From Raphidiopsis brookii D9 (GTDB lineage Bacteria > Cyanobacteriota > Cyanobacteriia > Cyanobacteriales > Nostocaceae): a stretch of 32,000 bases of DNA. The translations under genes and the position numbers were made by a program. Shown piece by piece: positions 1 through 9,906 of the stretch. The notes below the pieces were generated by a model that searched no databases, was not told the DNA's origin, and saw only the letters and a program-made list of their open reading frames with translations. The stretch is from assembly GCA_000175855.1 (NCBI GenBank), contig ACYB01000046.1, positions 120,001 through 152,000 on the forward strand, written 5' to 3'. Position 1 is the stretch's first letter; each line of letters opens with the position of its first letter.

Positions 1-748
1 CCTGCAGGCGATCGCTTTGATTGATAATATTTATGGCTACTTCCCTATCAGTATCATTAGATCTTAATCTTTTTAAAAGAAGTTTACCAAAAGTACGAAT
101 AGCAGTCAGAGGATTACGAAACTGATGTAAAAGACTATCTAGTAAGTCCCCCTGCTCCTTTTGTAATGCTTTTTCTTGTTGTAGTTGGTGTTGTAACCAA
201 ACTTGACGCTGATCCAATATACAGGCGATCGCTAAAGTTGTAGCTATGCGGCGAACTTCTTTTTCTTCCACTGGGTTCCAAGGACGATCGTGCCTTGATG
301 TCAAAAGCAGTCCCACCATCAAACCTTCATATACTAGGGGTAACACAATTTGGTACTGTCCAAATAGATATTTGTCTTCTAGGTTAAGGTAGTTATTATG
401 CTCACTAGTATGGGCCCTAGTTGACTGTGGGGATGAGGGACTAGAGTCTAATCCTGGTGCTAACAGTTTTTGATCTGGTAATGACAAAACATCACTAGGG
501 TCGCTCAAATTGCTTAAATTACTAAATTTGAGGTTGTTAACTTTTACTCTGCCCACATCCTGGGAATAATTTAATCGAGAAGCTTCTGGATAGACCAGAA
601 CGGGAATTAATAACCCTTCTCCACTGGCGTGGTCTACCAATTCCTGTGTTAAGTAGACCACACTTGAAGACGCTCCCAGTCCCTGGGTTAATAGTGATAC
701 TTGCTCTTGACATAGAGCAATAAAATCAGAACTGGCAGACATTAACAT
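1..748 (-). CDS. Sensor histidine kinase, N-terminal part (GAF-like domain plus HisKA H-box); 3' end lies beyond the window start
   Basis: Open minus-strand frame from ATG (748-746) to the window edge. It is absent from the ORF track because there is no stop in the window. My translation: MLMSASSDFIALCQEQVSLLTQGLGASSSVVYLTQELVDHASGEGLLIPVLVYPE...LPLVYEGLMVGLLLTSRHDRPWNPVEEKEVRRIATTLAIACILDQRQ...LLDSLLHQFRNPLTAIRTFGKLLLKRL. The HQFRNPLTAIRTF segment is a phospho-acceptor H-box. It resembles Hik2/CSK-type kinases, but orthology is not verified. Confidence 0.7.
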   Translation of the reverse strand, partial: MLMSASSDFIALCQEQVSLLTQGLGASSSVVYLTQELVDHASGEGLLIPVLVYPEASRLNYSQDVGRVKVNNLKFSNLSNLSDPSDVLSLPDQKLLAPGLDSSPSSPQSTRAHTSEHNNYLNLEDKYLFGQYQIVLPLVYEGLMVGLLLTSRHDRPWNPVEEKEVRRIATTLAIACILDQRQVWLQHQLQQEKALQKEQGDLLDSLLHQFRNPLTAIRTFGKLLLKRLRSNDTDREVAINIINQSDRLQ

Positions 749-1122
749 TTTTTCAATTTCACTGAGTAGTTGTGTAAATGCTACAGATACCTATCAACCA
801 TTTTATAAGCATTTTGGCTAAAGCTATAAAAGAAGTTGTAATTTAGAGGTTATGTGTGCAAGGTGGTCATTTTTTATCAATGCGCGCCCTTTTGCCATCT
901 TGTTTATTGCTATCAGTTACCTATTCTAATTCCTAATTGTTAAGTGGAGTGAATCTATCACTATTGATTATTTTAATATTATTTCAGCCATCATATAACC
1001 TTAACTACTAAGATTTGCGTATCTATTAATATTTAATATACACAATTTATTCTAAAGATACTGACTAATTGATCCCAGTTGAGGAATGGATTGATAGGGA
1101 TGTATCGAAAGGTTAAAAACCA

Positions 1123-1151
1123 TTGATTTTTTCTGGCAACCCGTATATAAT
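1123..1151 (+). promoter_or_regulatory. Near-consensus sigma70-type promoter for the 1211..1531 gene
   Basis: TTGATT (1123-1128), a 17-nt spacer, then TATAAT (1146-1151). Predicted transcription start is near 1158, about 50 nt upstream of the TTG start. Confidence 0.45.
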
Positions 1152-1163
1152 TACCACGAGTTT

Positions 1164-1179
1164 TGTAGCTGTGACTACA
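1164..1179. promoter_or_regulatory. Perfect palindrome TGTAGCTGTGACTACA (GTA-N8-TAC, the NtcA/CRP-family core) just downstream of the predicted transcription start
   Basis: GTA at 1165-1167 and TAC at 1176-1178 with exactly 8 nt between. The flanking T/A extends the palindrome to 16 bp. It could instead simply be a 6-bp 5'-UTR hairpin. Confidence 0.3.
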
Positions 1180-1210
1180 ATCTTCTAGCTTGAAAGAGGA
1201 GGACAATAAG

Positions 1211-1531
1211 TTGGCAAGGAGACGTAAAAGAAAAAGCCGTCGTCGTCAGGAAGGACGACGGATTCTGGAAAATGTGCCTCAGTACAGCATAGAAAGCGGC
1301 GAAGACAAACCAGTGACAGCAGCGAGAAAGTTTATTCACGCTGAAGGTATCTTGCCTCCTGCCTTGCTATTAGTAAAAAGGAACGAACACACCACAGACC
1401 GTTACTTTTGGGCGGAAAAGGGTCTGTTTGGTGCTCAATACGTAGAAGAAAATCATTTTTTATTCCCTAGCTTGAGAATGTTGGAAACTCCAGCTAGTGC
1501 AGAACAACTAGTGAATCTGGCAAATCGCTAA
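1211..1531 (+). CDS. Conserved-looking small hypothetical protein with an Arg/Lys-rich N-terminus
   Basis: The track ORF is 1190..1531. I prefer the in-frame TTG at 1211 because a strong Shine-Dalgarno GAGGAGG (1196-1202) sits 8 nt upstream. The N-terminus is then (M)ARRRKRKSRRRQEGRR, followed by a non-repetitive globular-looking region (...HTTDRYFWAEKGLFGAQYVEENHFLFPSL...). I cannot confidently recall the family name. Confidence 0.6.
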   Translation: MARRRKRKSRRRQEGRRILENVPQYSIESGEDKPVTAARKFIHAEGILPPALLLVKRNEHTTDRYFWAEKGLFGAQYVEENHFLFPSLRMLETPASAEQLVNLANR

Positions 1532-1595
1532 GTTCTGGAATGGTTTTTTTACGCATTCAACTTCTTACTTCTGACCTCAAAATCAATTAACTGGC

Positions 1596-1633
1596 AAAAT
1601 TGAACAGTTGACGCAAAAATTCAATTTTTTTTT
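1596..1633 (+). terminator. Weak AT-rich hairpin plus T9 run downstream of 1211..1531
   Basis: AAAATTGAA (1596-1604) pairs with TTCAATTTT (1620-1628) around a 15-nt loop. The T-run extends to 1633. The stem is almost all A-T, so it is weak. Confidence 0.25.
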
Positions 1634-1892
1634 AGTTTGTGGCCGAACTGACAGTGGTGCTAATGAATTGGATAATTAAACCTAGTACAGAGTGACAACA
1701 AAATCAAGCGCATAAATGGGTATACTGCTAGAATAACTGAGTTAAGTTCATTTCTTAGTAAGACCATCAATACAAAGTTTGTTATGTCCTCTCTGTTCTC
1801 TGAACAGGTCGGAAGTAAGTAATTATGTGTCACGGTGTTAGGTCACTGACTGATTTATCCGTAATCTAAGTTGTTGTGACTATTACCAAAAA

Positions 1893-2417
1893 TCAATCGA
1901 CAATTTTCAGTTGTAAAGCCCTTTTCAACTCCGCGAGTTCGTCTCGGTGAGCAGTGACAGTGATTATACTTGAGGGGTGTTGTTCATTTTGGCAAAACTC
2001 CATTTTGAGTAACACCTTCTCAATTCTCCCGGATTGGCGCCAGTAGAATATACCACTTAATGGTGCTACTAAAACCAAAAAAAATGGGTTTTGACTGGAA
2101 AAAAGCTGGGCTAAAACCAGTCCCAGACAAGCAAGACCTAGGGCAGATAAAACAGTAAGAAACACGGCTAAGAACCAACTAGGTTGGACAAAGCCCTCAA
2201 AAATGACTTTCTTTTTTTCCGGATCTGCAGAAACGACCCGATAAGCACGGGATTGGAAATAGTCCTTCAGTTGACCCATCAGGATGGTTTCATTGTCTTC
2301 AGAAGCTATTTTTGCTTGTTCAATGCGATCTTTAGTGGAAGCACGAATAAAGAAAAACAACCCCACAAGTAACAACAGGGTCAGGAGAAAGGTGGATGGA
2401 ATGATAGCAGTATCCAT
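1893..2417 (-). CDS. Three-TM thylakoid-type membrane protein, possibly cofactor assembly of complex C subunit B (CCB1-like)
   Basis: 174-aa ORF with an N-terminal TM (FLLTLLLLVGLFFFIRASTKDR), two central TMs and a soluble C-terminus (TVTAHRDELAELK). The pattern matches my memory of cyanobacterial CCB1-family proteins. The family assignment is unverified. Confidence 0.55.
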   Translation of the reverse strand: MDTAIIPSTFLLTLLLLVGLFFFIRASTKDRIEQAKIASEDNETILMGQLKDYFQSRAYRVVSADPEKKKVIFEGFVQPSWFLAVFLTVLSALGLACLGLVLAQLFSSQNPFFLVLVAPLSGIFYWRQSGRIEKVLLKMEFCQNEQHPSSIITVTAHRDELAELKRALQLKIVD

Positions 2418-2594
2418 GACTTTTATTTTTTTAAATGAATCCCACCTATTTATTATTAATGATTGTTGATCTATTCTGGAATCAAACCAGTCAAGTGGGA
2501 TTTTTGATAGTCACTAAGAAAAAAGCTACTAGACCTATTGACCTTTATAGAAGTTTGATAAAGAGTTTGTTGACACTATGGGAATTATTTAAAT

Positions 2595-3173
2595 ATGACG
2601 AAGGACTTGGAAATGCAATCCACTAATATAAGAGCGATCGCCCAGATGTTTCGCCTAGCGGGTTGGATTAGTTTTTGGATACAACTGGTATTAGGTGTGA
2701 TATCTGGGATAATAGTATTGCTATATGCCTTTTTTAGTCAGAGACCGGGTAGTCCTAATAACAATCCGGGGACGGGATTTGGCATATTTTTGGCCGTATG
2801 TGGATTAATAGTTTTAGGCGCAGGTATTTATTTAGGTTATAGGTATACAAGAATTGGTAAACAACTGGACTCATCGAATCCTAGCAATCGTCCACGAAAA
2901 CTAGAGAGTGTACAGGTGATCAGACTAGGAGTATGGACTAATCTAGGAGGCATTTTAGTGACTTTATTAGGTGCTCAAGCAATTGTAGGCACATTGGTTG
3001 CTCGCTCAATTTCCCCCCAAGCAGTGACAACCCAGCTATTTGATCCGAATCGAGTGATTAGTGGACTGGATATGTTAGTTGTTCAAGCGAACACCAATAC
3101 AATTTCGGCTCATTTTGCAGGCCTTGTTTTGTTCGCTATTTTTACTAAATCGAATCACAAGATAGTTGATTAA
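2595..3173 (+). CDS. DUF3611 family membrane protein (Tic21/PIC1-like, cyanobacteria/plastid type)
   Basis: 192-aa ORF with four predicted TMs. The motif FRLAGWISFWIQLVLGVISGIIVL and C-terminal LVVQANTNTISAHFAGL are typical of this family. The ATG at 2613 is an alternative start. Confidence 0.6.
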   Translation: MTKDLEMQSTNIRAIAQMFRLAGWISFWIQLVLGVISGIIVLLYAFFSQRPGSPNNNPGTGFGIFLAVCGLIVLGAGIYLGYRYTRIGKQLDSSNPSNRPRKLESVQVIRLGVWTNLGGILVTLLGAQAIVGTLVARSISPQAVTTQLFDPNRVISGLDMLVVQANTNTISAHFAGLVLFAIFTKSNHKIVD

Positions 3174-3300
3174 AAATTTTTTCATCTTTTTTGCAGTGAT
3201 GACTTCACAAATTGCAGTCAATACAGCATAATGGTGAGGGGACCTTTGTCAACTCGTAACCATAAATAGATGTAGACAAGAGAAAACTTAACCATACTGA

Positions 3301-4583
<1,283 letters not shown>

Positions 4584-4584
<1 letters not shown>

Positions 4585-4612
4585 GTGGTGATGCTTAACC
4601 ACCACTAATTTT
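4584..4612. terminator. Hairpin shared by the convergent serS and SUI1 3' ends
   Basis: AGTGGTG (4584-4590) pairs with CACCACT (4600-4606) around a 9-nt loop, followed by AATTTTGG on the plus strand. It overlaps both stop codons. Confidence 0.35.
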
Positions 4613-4948
4613 GGCCTTGTAACCCAATTTCAGTAAAATCTCTAAAATTTTCTGTTTATGATCCCCCTGTATCTCAATTTCGTTTTCTTTCAAGGTTCCC
4701 CCTGTACCACATTGGTTTTTCAACTGCTTTAACAAAATTATAAGGTTCTCTTGTTTATTTTTAAATCCGCTAATTAACGTCACTGTTTTGCCTTTCCTTC
4801 CTGCGCGGGTAACTTGTATCCTGAGATTTTGTTGGTTAGGGGGTAGTTCTGGAACAGGACGTTCTAGAGTTTCCGATGGGTCATTGCCAAATTCTTGGTA
4901 GACGATTCGATTGTGGGATTGAAATTTGTCTAATTTGTCGTTGGACAT
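4595..4948 (-). CDS. Translation initiation factor SUI1/YciH family protein
   Basis: 117 aa. LRIQVTRAGRKGKTVTLISGF...QLKNQCGTGGTLKENEIEIQGDHKQKILEIL is the canonical SUI1 domain. Confidence 0.9.
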   Translation of the reverse strand: MSNDKLDKFQSHNRIVYQEFGNDPSETLERPVPELPPNQQNLRIQVTRAGRKGKTVTLISGFKNKQENLIILLKQLKNQCGTGGTLKENEIEIQGDHKQKILEILLKLGYKAKISGG

Positions 4949-5013
4949 ACAAATAAGTAAAAATAATAGTTTCCAATAGTCAAGTCTAGCAAATTATCTT
5001 AATTACTAACCGT

Positions 5014-5688
5014 TTAGTTGATAGTCATAGCTATAAGTTTAGACGTAAATACTTCCGAGTTGTTGTTGCTTTCTGGTGTAAACTGACCAATTGGAGGGTG
5101 ATTATTATGGACCGATATTAATTCGGATAAGGGTTTTGGTTCAGATAAGCTTTGGTGATTAATTTCTTGTTCGCGATTAACTACATCTTTTACGAGCTTA
5201 CTGCTATTATATGGAGAATTTCTTGTCTGGGGTAGTATTGGGAGTGGTGCTAGACGCGTTTCCATAAATAAATCTTCTGATAATTCATTATTCTGAAAGT
5301 GATAATTATCAGAGTGAGGAGAAACTTTTTTAATTCCATTACGTGGACGTGTCAAGTTTAATGATGTTACAACAGATGAAACTGTATCCGAGTCTTGCTT
5401 GAGGATTTCTGGAAACCTGTTACAAATCATTCGTTCAAATTCCGTGTTGAAATGATAATACACGCATCCTCTTCGTTGCCAAAATGTCAATATCTGTTGC
5501 ACTGATATTGCTTTGTACCGTCCCTGATATAGCGCCTCTATAATTCCTATATGCAACCAATCATGCGGATATTCTTTACCCCAGGAGGTAATTAACTCAA
5601 TGGCACTGTGTCCATTCAAGTCAAAACCATAGTGGACTAATAAGTTAACCGCTAATTCAGTATAAGGACTGGGGAATTTTGTTAGCAT
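5014..5688 (-). CDS. Hypothetical protein (structured N-terminal ~100 aa, low-complexity C-terminal half)
   Basis: 224-aa ORF. The N-terminal part (WLHIGIIEALYQGRYKAISVQQILTFWQRRGCVYYHFNTEFERMICNRFP) looks like a folded conserved domain. I do not recognise a function. Confidence 0.55.
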   Translation of the reverse strand: MLTKFPSPYTELAVNLLVHYGFDLNGHSAIELITSWGKEYPHDWLHIGIIEALYQGRYKAISVQQILTFWQRRGCVYYHFNTEFERMICNRFPEILKQDSDTVSSVVTSLNLTRPRNGIKKVSPHSDNYHFQNNELSEDLFMETRLAPLPILPQTRNSPYNSSKLVKDVVNREQEINHQSLSEPKPLSELISVHNNHPPIGQFTPESNNNSEVFTSKLIAMTIN

Positions 5689-5871
5689 AGGGTTTTAATT
5701 TTCCAGGGTTGATTTCTGGTTAGTAACCTTTAGGCATAAGTATCGGTCTTTTTGTCAACATTTCACTGGTTGTATTTACTTCAAGGTATTGTGAGCTACA
5801 GGATGATTTTTGCATAACATTGGTAGATGTTATATATTCTAATGGTTAGTCCCAGAATAAACCATGAAAAA

Positions 5872-7922
5872 TCAACTCTCAGCAATGGGTTTAACCCTTT
5901 TTATAGCTACTAATGCCTGATATGTCATAGCTGCAACCTCTGCTCTGGTAGCTTCCTTTGTGGGTGCAAGTATTTTTGGGTCTGGATAGTTGATAACTAT
6001 GTTTTGTTGACTTGCTGCGATCACAGCTACCTTGGCATATTCTGGGATGGAGTTTTTATCCGTATAACTAAGGGAAGAGTGATTTTGATTAGGAACTAGT
6101 CCCAGTCCATTCACCAGAGAGACAATGACTTGTATTCTCTGGATGTTTTGATCGGGACGAAAAGTGCGGTCACTAAATCCAGCAATAAATCCCCCACGAG
6201 AAGCTATCTGAATAGCTTTGACCGCCCAAAAGTCACTGGGAATGTCTATAAAATCCACGGTTGGTCGTTTAGCTACCGGGTTAAAAGCAGCTGCTATTAA
6301 AGCTGCATACTGGGATCTGGTCATGGGTTTATCTGGTTGATAACTACCGTCAGCAAAACCACTGGTGAGGTTCATACTAACTAATGCTCTAATATATGCT
6401 TCTGCCCAGTGACCCACTAAATCGGAAAAAGAAGGTTGTTCCTTGTCGGGTTTGACAATGTAAGGTGAAGCTATAGGTTCTGCTTCACCCTTAACCACTA
6501 AAGCTTGGTAAATTAGGGTTGCTACTTCCGCACGGGTTATTTCTCTTAGAGGTTCCAATAAATCTACTTGGGGATAATTCAGGACTAGCAGTTTTTGAGT
6601 GGCAATGGTTGTTGCATTAATAGCATAACTAGGAATCTGTGCGCGATCGCTATAAACTAGTAAGCCATTAGGATTGCTACCAGTGAGTTTTAAGCCATTA
6701 ACAATAGATACTATAGCTTGAACCCTAGTTAAGTTTTGTCCTGGTCTAAAAGTACCATCAGGAAAACCACCTAAAAAACCACCATCAGCTGCACTAGCAA
6801 TGGGTGAATTAGCCCAGAAATCGGTTCTAACATCTTTAAACCTATTTAGATTCTGACTGTCTGGTAGTTGAAAAGTTTTCTTAATCAGGGCTGCATATTG
6901 GGCACGAGTAATAGGTGTATTAGGTTTAAAAGTGCCATCAGGAAAACCGCCAATAAACCCCTTTGCTGCTAAAGCTGTAATAAAAGCTGTGGACCAGTGT
7001 GCATAAAGGTCAGAGAAGCTGCTACTGATAACGGGAATAATTGTATCATTGGTGGCTGCTACTAGTTCTAACAATCCTTTAATTTGAGCCGTATTGAGTT
7101 GATTACCTACGGAAATTAGACTTTGAGATGAACTATTTTGAACATCGAAATTTTCCTGTTCTCGAAAAATATTGCCTGCAGGATCCTGTGGTTTGCCAAG
7201 GTCAGGAATGGCATTACCATTAATTGATAAACCACATTGGCTATTTTGGTAAATTAAATTTCCCCGTAACACTGGACTAGCATCGCGGGAGATTGCCATT
7301 CCGATTTGATTTTTCCCTAACTTGTTATTAGCAATCAAAGGTGCGGCTAAATCCGTAATAGCTATTCCCACGGGATTATTTTCAAATACATTGCGCAAAA
7401 CCTCCCCCTTACTAGAACGTGCCATCATTAAACCGCTGGCAATATTCTGTATAAAAACATTATCCAAAATCGCCGGTTTAGCTTGACCAGTAATCAATAT
7501 TCCTTCCCGACCACATTTACACAGAGTATTATTAGCTAGGGTTGGTGCTGCGGATTCAATCCAAATTCCAGTACCTTTACTTACAGAATTAGTGACCGTT
7601 ATACCCAGTATACTTCCATCACCGGAAAATAACAGGGTGATGTTTTGTAGACCAAAACTGGGACTTTGATATTCACCCCCTCCAGTAATAATAATCCCTT
7701 CACCTTTTTTAGACTCATTACCCAGCAGCACAACTCCTTGGGGGATAACCAGGGGAAAATTTCCCGGTTTTGGGTGCTATAGGTTCCCACAGACAAGCGT
7801 ATAATTCCTGGAGATGGAATAGTTTTTAGTGCACGGGTGATAGTTTTAAATGGACTCAACTGTGAACCATTATTGTTATCGTTACCAGTTATAGGATTCA
7901 CATATAATGAAGCAAGTTTCAT
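5872..7922 (-). pseudogene. DUF1565/right-handed beta-helix protein with six SLH domains, split by one frameshift (real pseudogene or sequencing error)
   Basis: The N-terminal piece starts at ATG 7922 (MKLASLYVNPITGNDNNNGSQLSPFKTITRALK...GTYSTQNREIFP). The sequence continues in another frame as PLVIPQGVVLLGNESKKGEGIIITGGG... (track ORF 5872..7731). The junction is in GGGGAAAATTTCCC (7752-7765). The C-terminal half holds SLH repeats (FSDLxxHW...GFPDGTFxP). Confidence 0.8.
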
Positions 7923-7973
7923 AATATACGTTAACACTTAAAAAGTATGAATATAATATGGATAGTATAGGAC

Positions 7974-8007
7974 AATTTTTCCACGAGTATAATAGACTGG
8001 AAAAATT
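7974..8007. promoter_or_regulatory. Perfect 10-bp inverted repeat bracketing a TATAAT box, in the divergent SLH-protein / ABC-operon intergenic region
   Basis: AATTTTTCCA (7974-7983) and TGGAAAAATT (7998-8007) flank a 14-nt spacer, CGAGTATAATAGAC. The spacer contains TATAAT (7988-7993) on the plus strand and TATTAT/TATACT on the minus strand. Confidence 0.4.
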
Positions 8008-8039
8008 ATGCCGTCTTCAACCTTGTCAGTATACAATTC

Positions 8040-9037
8040 ATGATAGAAGTTGATCACCTGAGTAAAATATATGGTTCTACCCTTGCAATCACAGATGTCA
8101 CCTTCAAAGTAGAACCAGGTGAAATTCTGGGATTTTTGGGTCCTAATGGTGCAGGTAAAACCACAACCATGAGGATTTTGGCCGGTTATCTCCCCCTAGT
8201 AAGGGCACGGTTAAAATTGCTGGATATGATGTCCAGGATAATTCCCTAGCGGTACGCCAAAAAATAGGTTATTTGCCAGAGACACCTCCCTTGTACCCTG
8301 AAATGACTGTGGAAGGTTTTTTGTACTTCGTCGCTCAAATTAAAGGTATTCCAGCAGGCGATCGCCCGACAAAGGTGAAAGCTGCCATGGACAGATGCAA
8401 TATTACAGAAAAGCGTCAAGTAATTATTCGTAAGCTTTCCAAGGGGTTTCGTCAAAGAGTGGGAATAGCCCAGGCCATCGTGCACGATCCCCCGGCTATT
8501 ATTCTGGATGAACCCACGGTGGGATTAGATCCCAGACAAATTATCGAAGTGCGAAACCTGATTAAAAGTTTAGCGGGTACACACACCATTATTCTGTCCA
8601 CTCACATTCTCCCGGAAGTAAGTATGACCTGTAATCGAGTAGCCATTATTAACCATGGTAAAATCGTGGCTACTAACAGTCCAGAAAACCTGATGACAAA
8701 TTTAATAGAAGGTTCTGGCTATGAGCTGACTATTTCTGGGGAAGTTGACCTGGCCAAACAAGTTTTACAAAATATACCGGGGGTAAGTTTAGTAGAATCC
8801 ATGCCTAACTTGAGTACATGCCAGAATGTTATACTGCGTGTCTTATCAGAACCAGGATCAAATTCGGGAAAGTATATAGCATCTACATTAATTCACGGTG
8901 GATTTGAATTACATGAAATGCGTCGAATTGGTGCTAGTTTAGAAGATGTATTTTTGAGACTAACTACTGAAGAAAAAACCTTATCTCAGTTTGTAGAAGC
9001 GAAAGACCTAGTAGAAACCTCAGGAGACAACATTTAA
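8040..9037 (+). pseudogene. ABC transporter ATP-binding protein (ABC-2/GldA-like), split by one frameshift (real or sequencing error)
   Basis: Fragment 1 (8040..8249) carries Walker A (GPNGAGKTT). The conserved sequence ...[38 protein letters not shown] continues in another frame into fragment 2 (to 9037). Fragment 2 carries the signature LSKGFRQRV and Walker B IILDEP. The junction is at C5 (8192-8196). Confidence 0.85.
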
Positions 9038-9038
9038 T

Positions 9039-9860
9039 ATGGGTAATATAGCTATCATAATTCCTAATATAATTGCCATTTATCGACGAGAATTACAAAG
9101 TTATTTTGTATCACCATTAGCTTATGGAATAGCGGGAATCTTTTGGTTTATTGCCAGTGTATTTTTCATACTTATATTATTAGGTCCAGGGGGAATTTTA
9201 CCTACAGTTGCCATGTATGATTTACAGGGACAACAATTTGGAGTACCCATTCCTCCCATAGACGTACCATACGAGTTTATTCGGGCATTCTTAGATCGGA
9301 TAAGTTGGTTATTATTATTTATTTTACCTATTCTTTCCATGGGACTTTACGCAGAAGAAAGGAAATTAGGAACCTTAGAATTGTTAGCCACCTCACCAAT
9401 TACTAACTGGGCGGTAGCTCTAGGTAAACTGTTGGGAGTTTTAACATTTTTCATCAGTATGATCTTACCAATAATAGGACTACAGATCCTAGTCATTAGC
9501 GAATCAAATCCACCGATTTCTTTGGTCATTCCTTTGATTAGCAATCTAGGACTAATACTCCTAGCTGGGTCAATTTTATCCTTGGGAATGTTCATTTCTT
9601 CCTTAACAAGTAGCACAGTTTTAGCAGCAATCTTGACCTTTGTGGTGGTGATCCTAATCTTATTAATAGATTCCCTATCACAAGCATTGCCAGGCTTACT
9701 AGGACAAATTCTCAGTTATTTATCGCTGTTGAAACACTACAACACCTTAATCAAGGGAATTTTAGATAGCAGTAGCTTCATACTATTTGCCAGCTATATT
9801 ATTCTGGGAATTTTTCTGACTGCTCAATCAATAGATGCTCTGCGTTTTCAACGCCAATAG
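9039..9860 (+). CDS. ABC-2 type transporter permease (GldF-like)
   Basis: 273 aa, polytopic. The N-terminus IYRRELQSYFVSPLAYGIAGIFW is typical of ABC-2 permeases. The start is 1 nt after the ATPase stop. Confidence 0.85.
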   Translation: MGNIAIIIPNIIAIYRRELQSYFVSPLAYGIAGIFWFIASVFFILILLGPGGILPTVAMYDLQGQQFGVPIPPIDVPYEFIRAFLDRISWLLLFILPILSMGLYAEERKLGTLELLATSPITNWAVALGKLLGVLTFFISMILPIIGLQILVISESNPPISLVIPLISNLGLILLAGSILSLGMFISSLTSSTVLAAILTFVVVILILLIDSLSQALPGLLGQILSYLSLLKHYNTLIKGILDSSSFILFASYIILGIFLTAQSIDALRFQRQ

Positions 9861-9906
9861 TCACCTCCGTAAGAGTCACAATCATCGGAGATTTACATAA
9901 CTAAAA

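Noticed and set aside
1660-1767. A 35-aa hydrophobic minus-strand ORF (MVLLRNELNSVILAVYPFMRLILLSLCTRFNYPIH) in the 360-bp spacer, as a possible small membrane protein.
   Set aside because: It has no ribosome-binding site and no resemblance to known small photosystem or cytochrome subunits. Its size is well within chance expectation for an AT-rich spacer.
2184-2626. Three 61-63 aa plus-strand ORFs, either antisense to the CCB1-like gene or in the divergent spacer.
   Set aside because: They overlap a better-supported gene or AT-rich promoter DNA, and their translations have no domain-like features.
1893-3173. Both divergent neighbours (the CCB1-like and DUF3611 proteins) end with the same tetrapeptide, KIVD.
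   Set aside because: The underlying DNA differs (AAAATTGTCGAT versus AAGATAGTTGAT), and there is no further similarity. I treat it as coincidence.
8008-8043. An 11-codon upstream ORF ([11 protein letters not shown]) whose stop overlaps the ABC ATPase start in an ATGA arrangement.
   Set aside because: It has no Shine-Dalgarno sequence and no recognisable peptide, and ORFs of this size arise by chance. There is no evidence of conservation.
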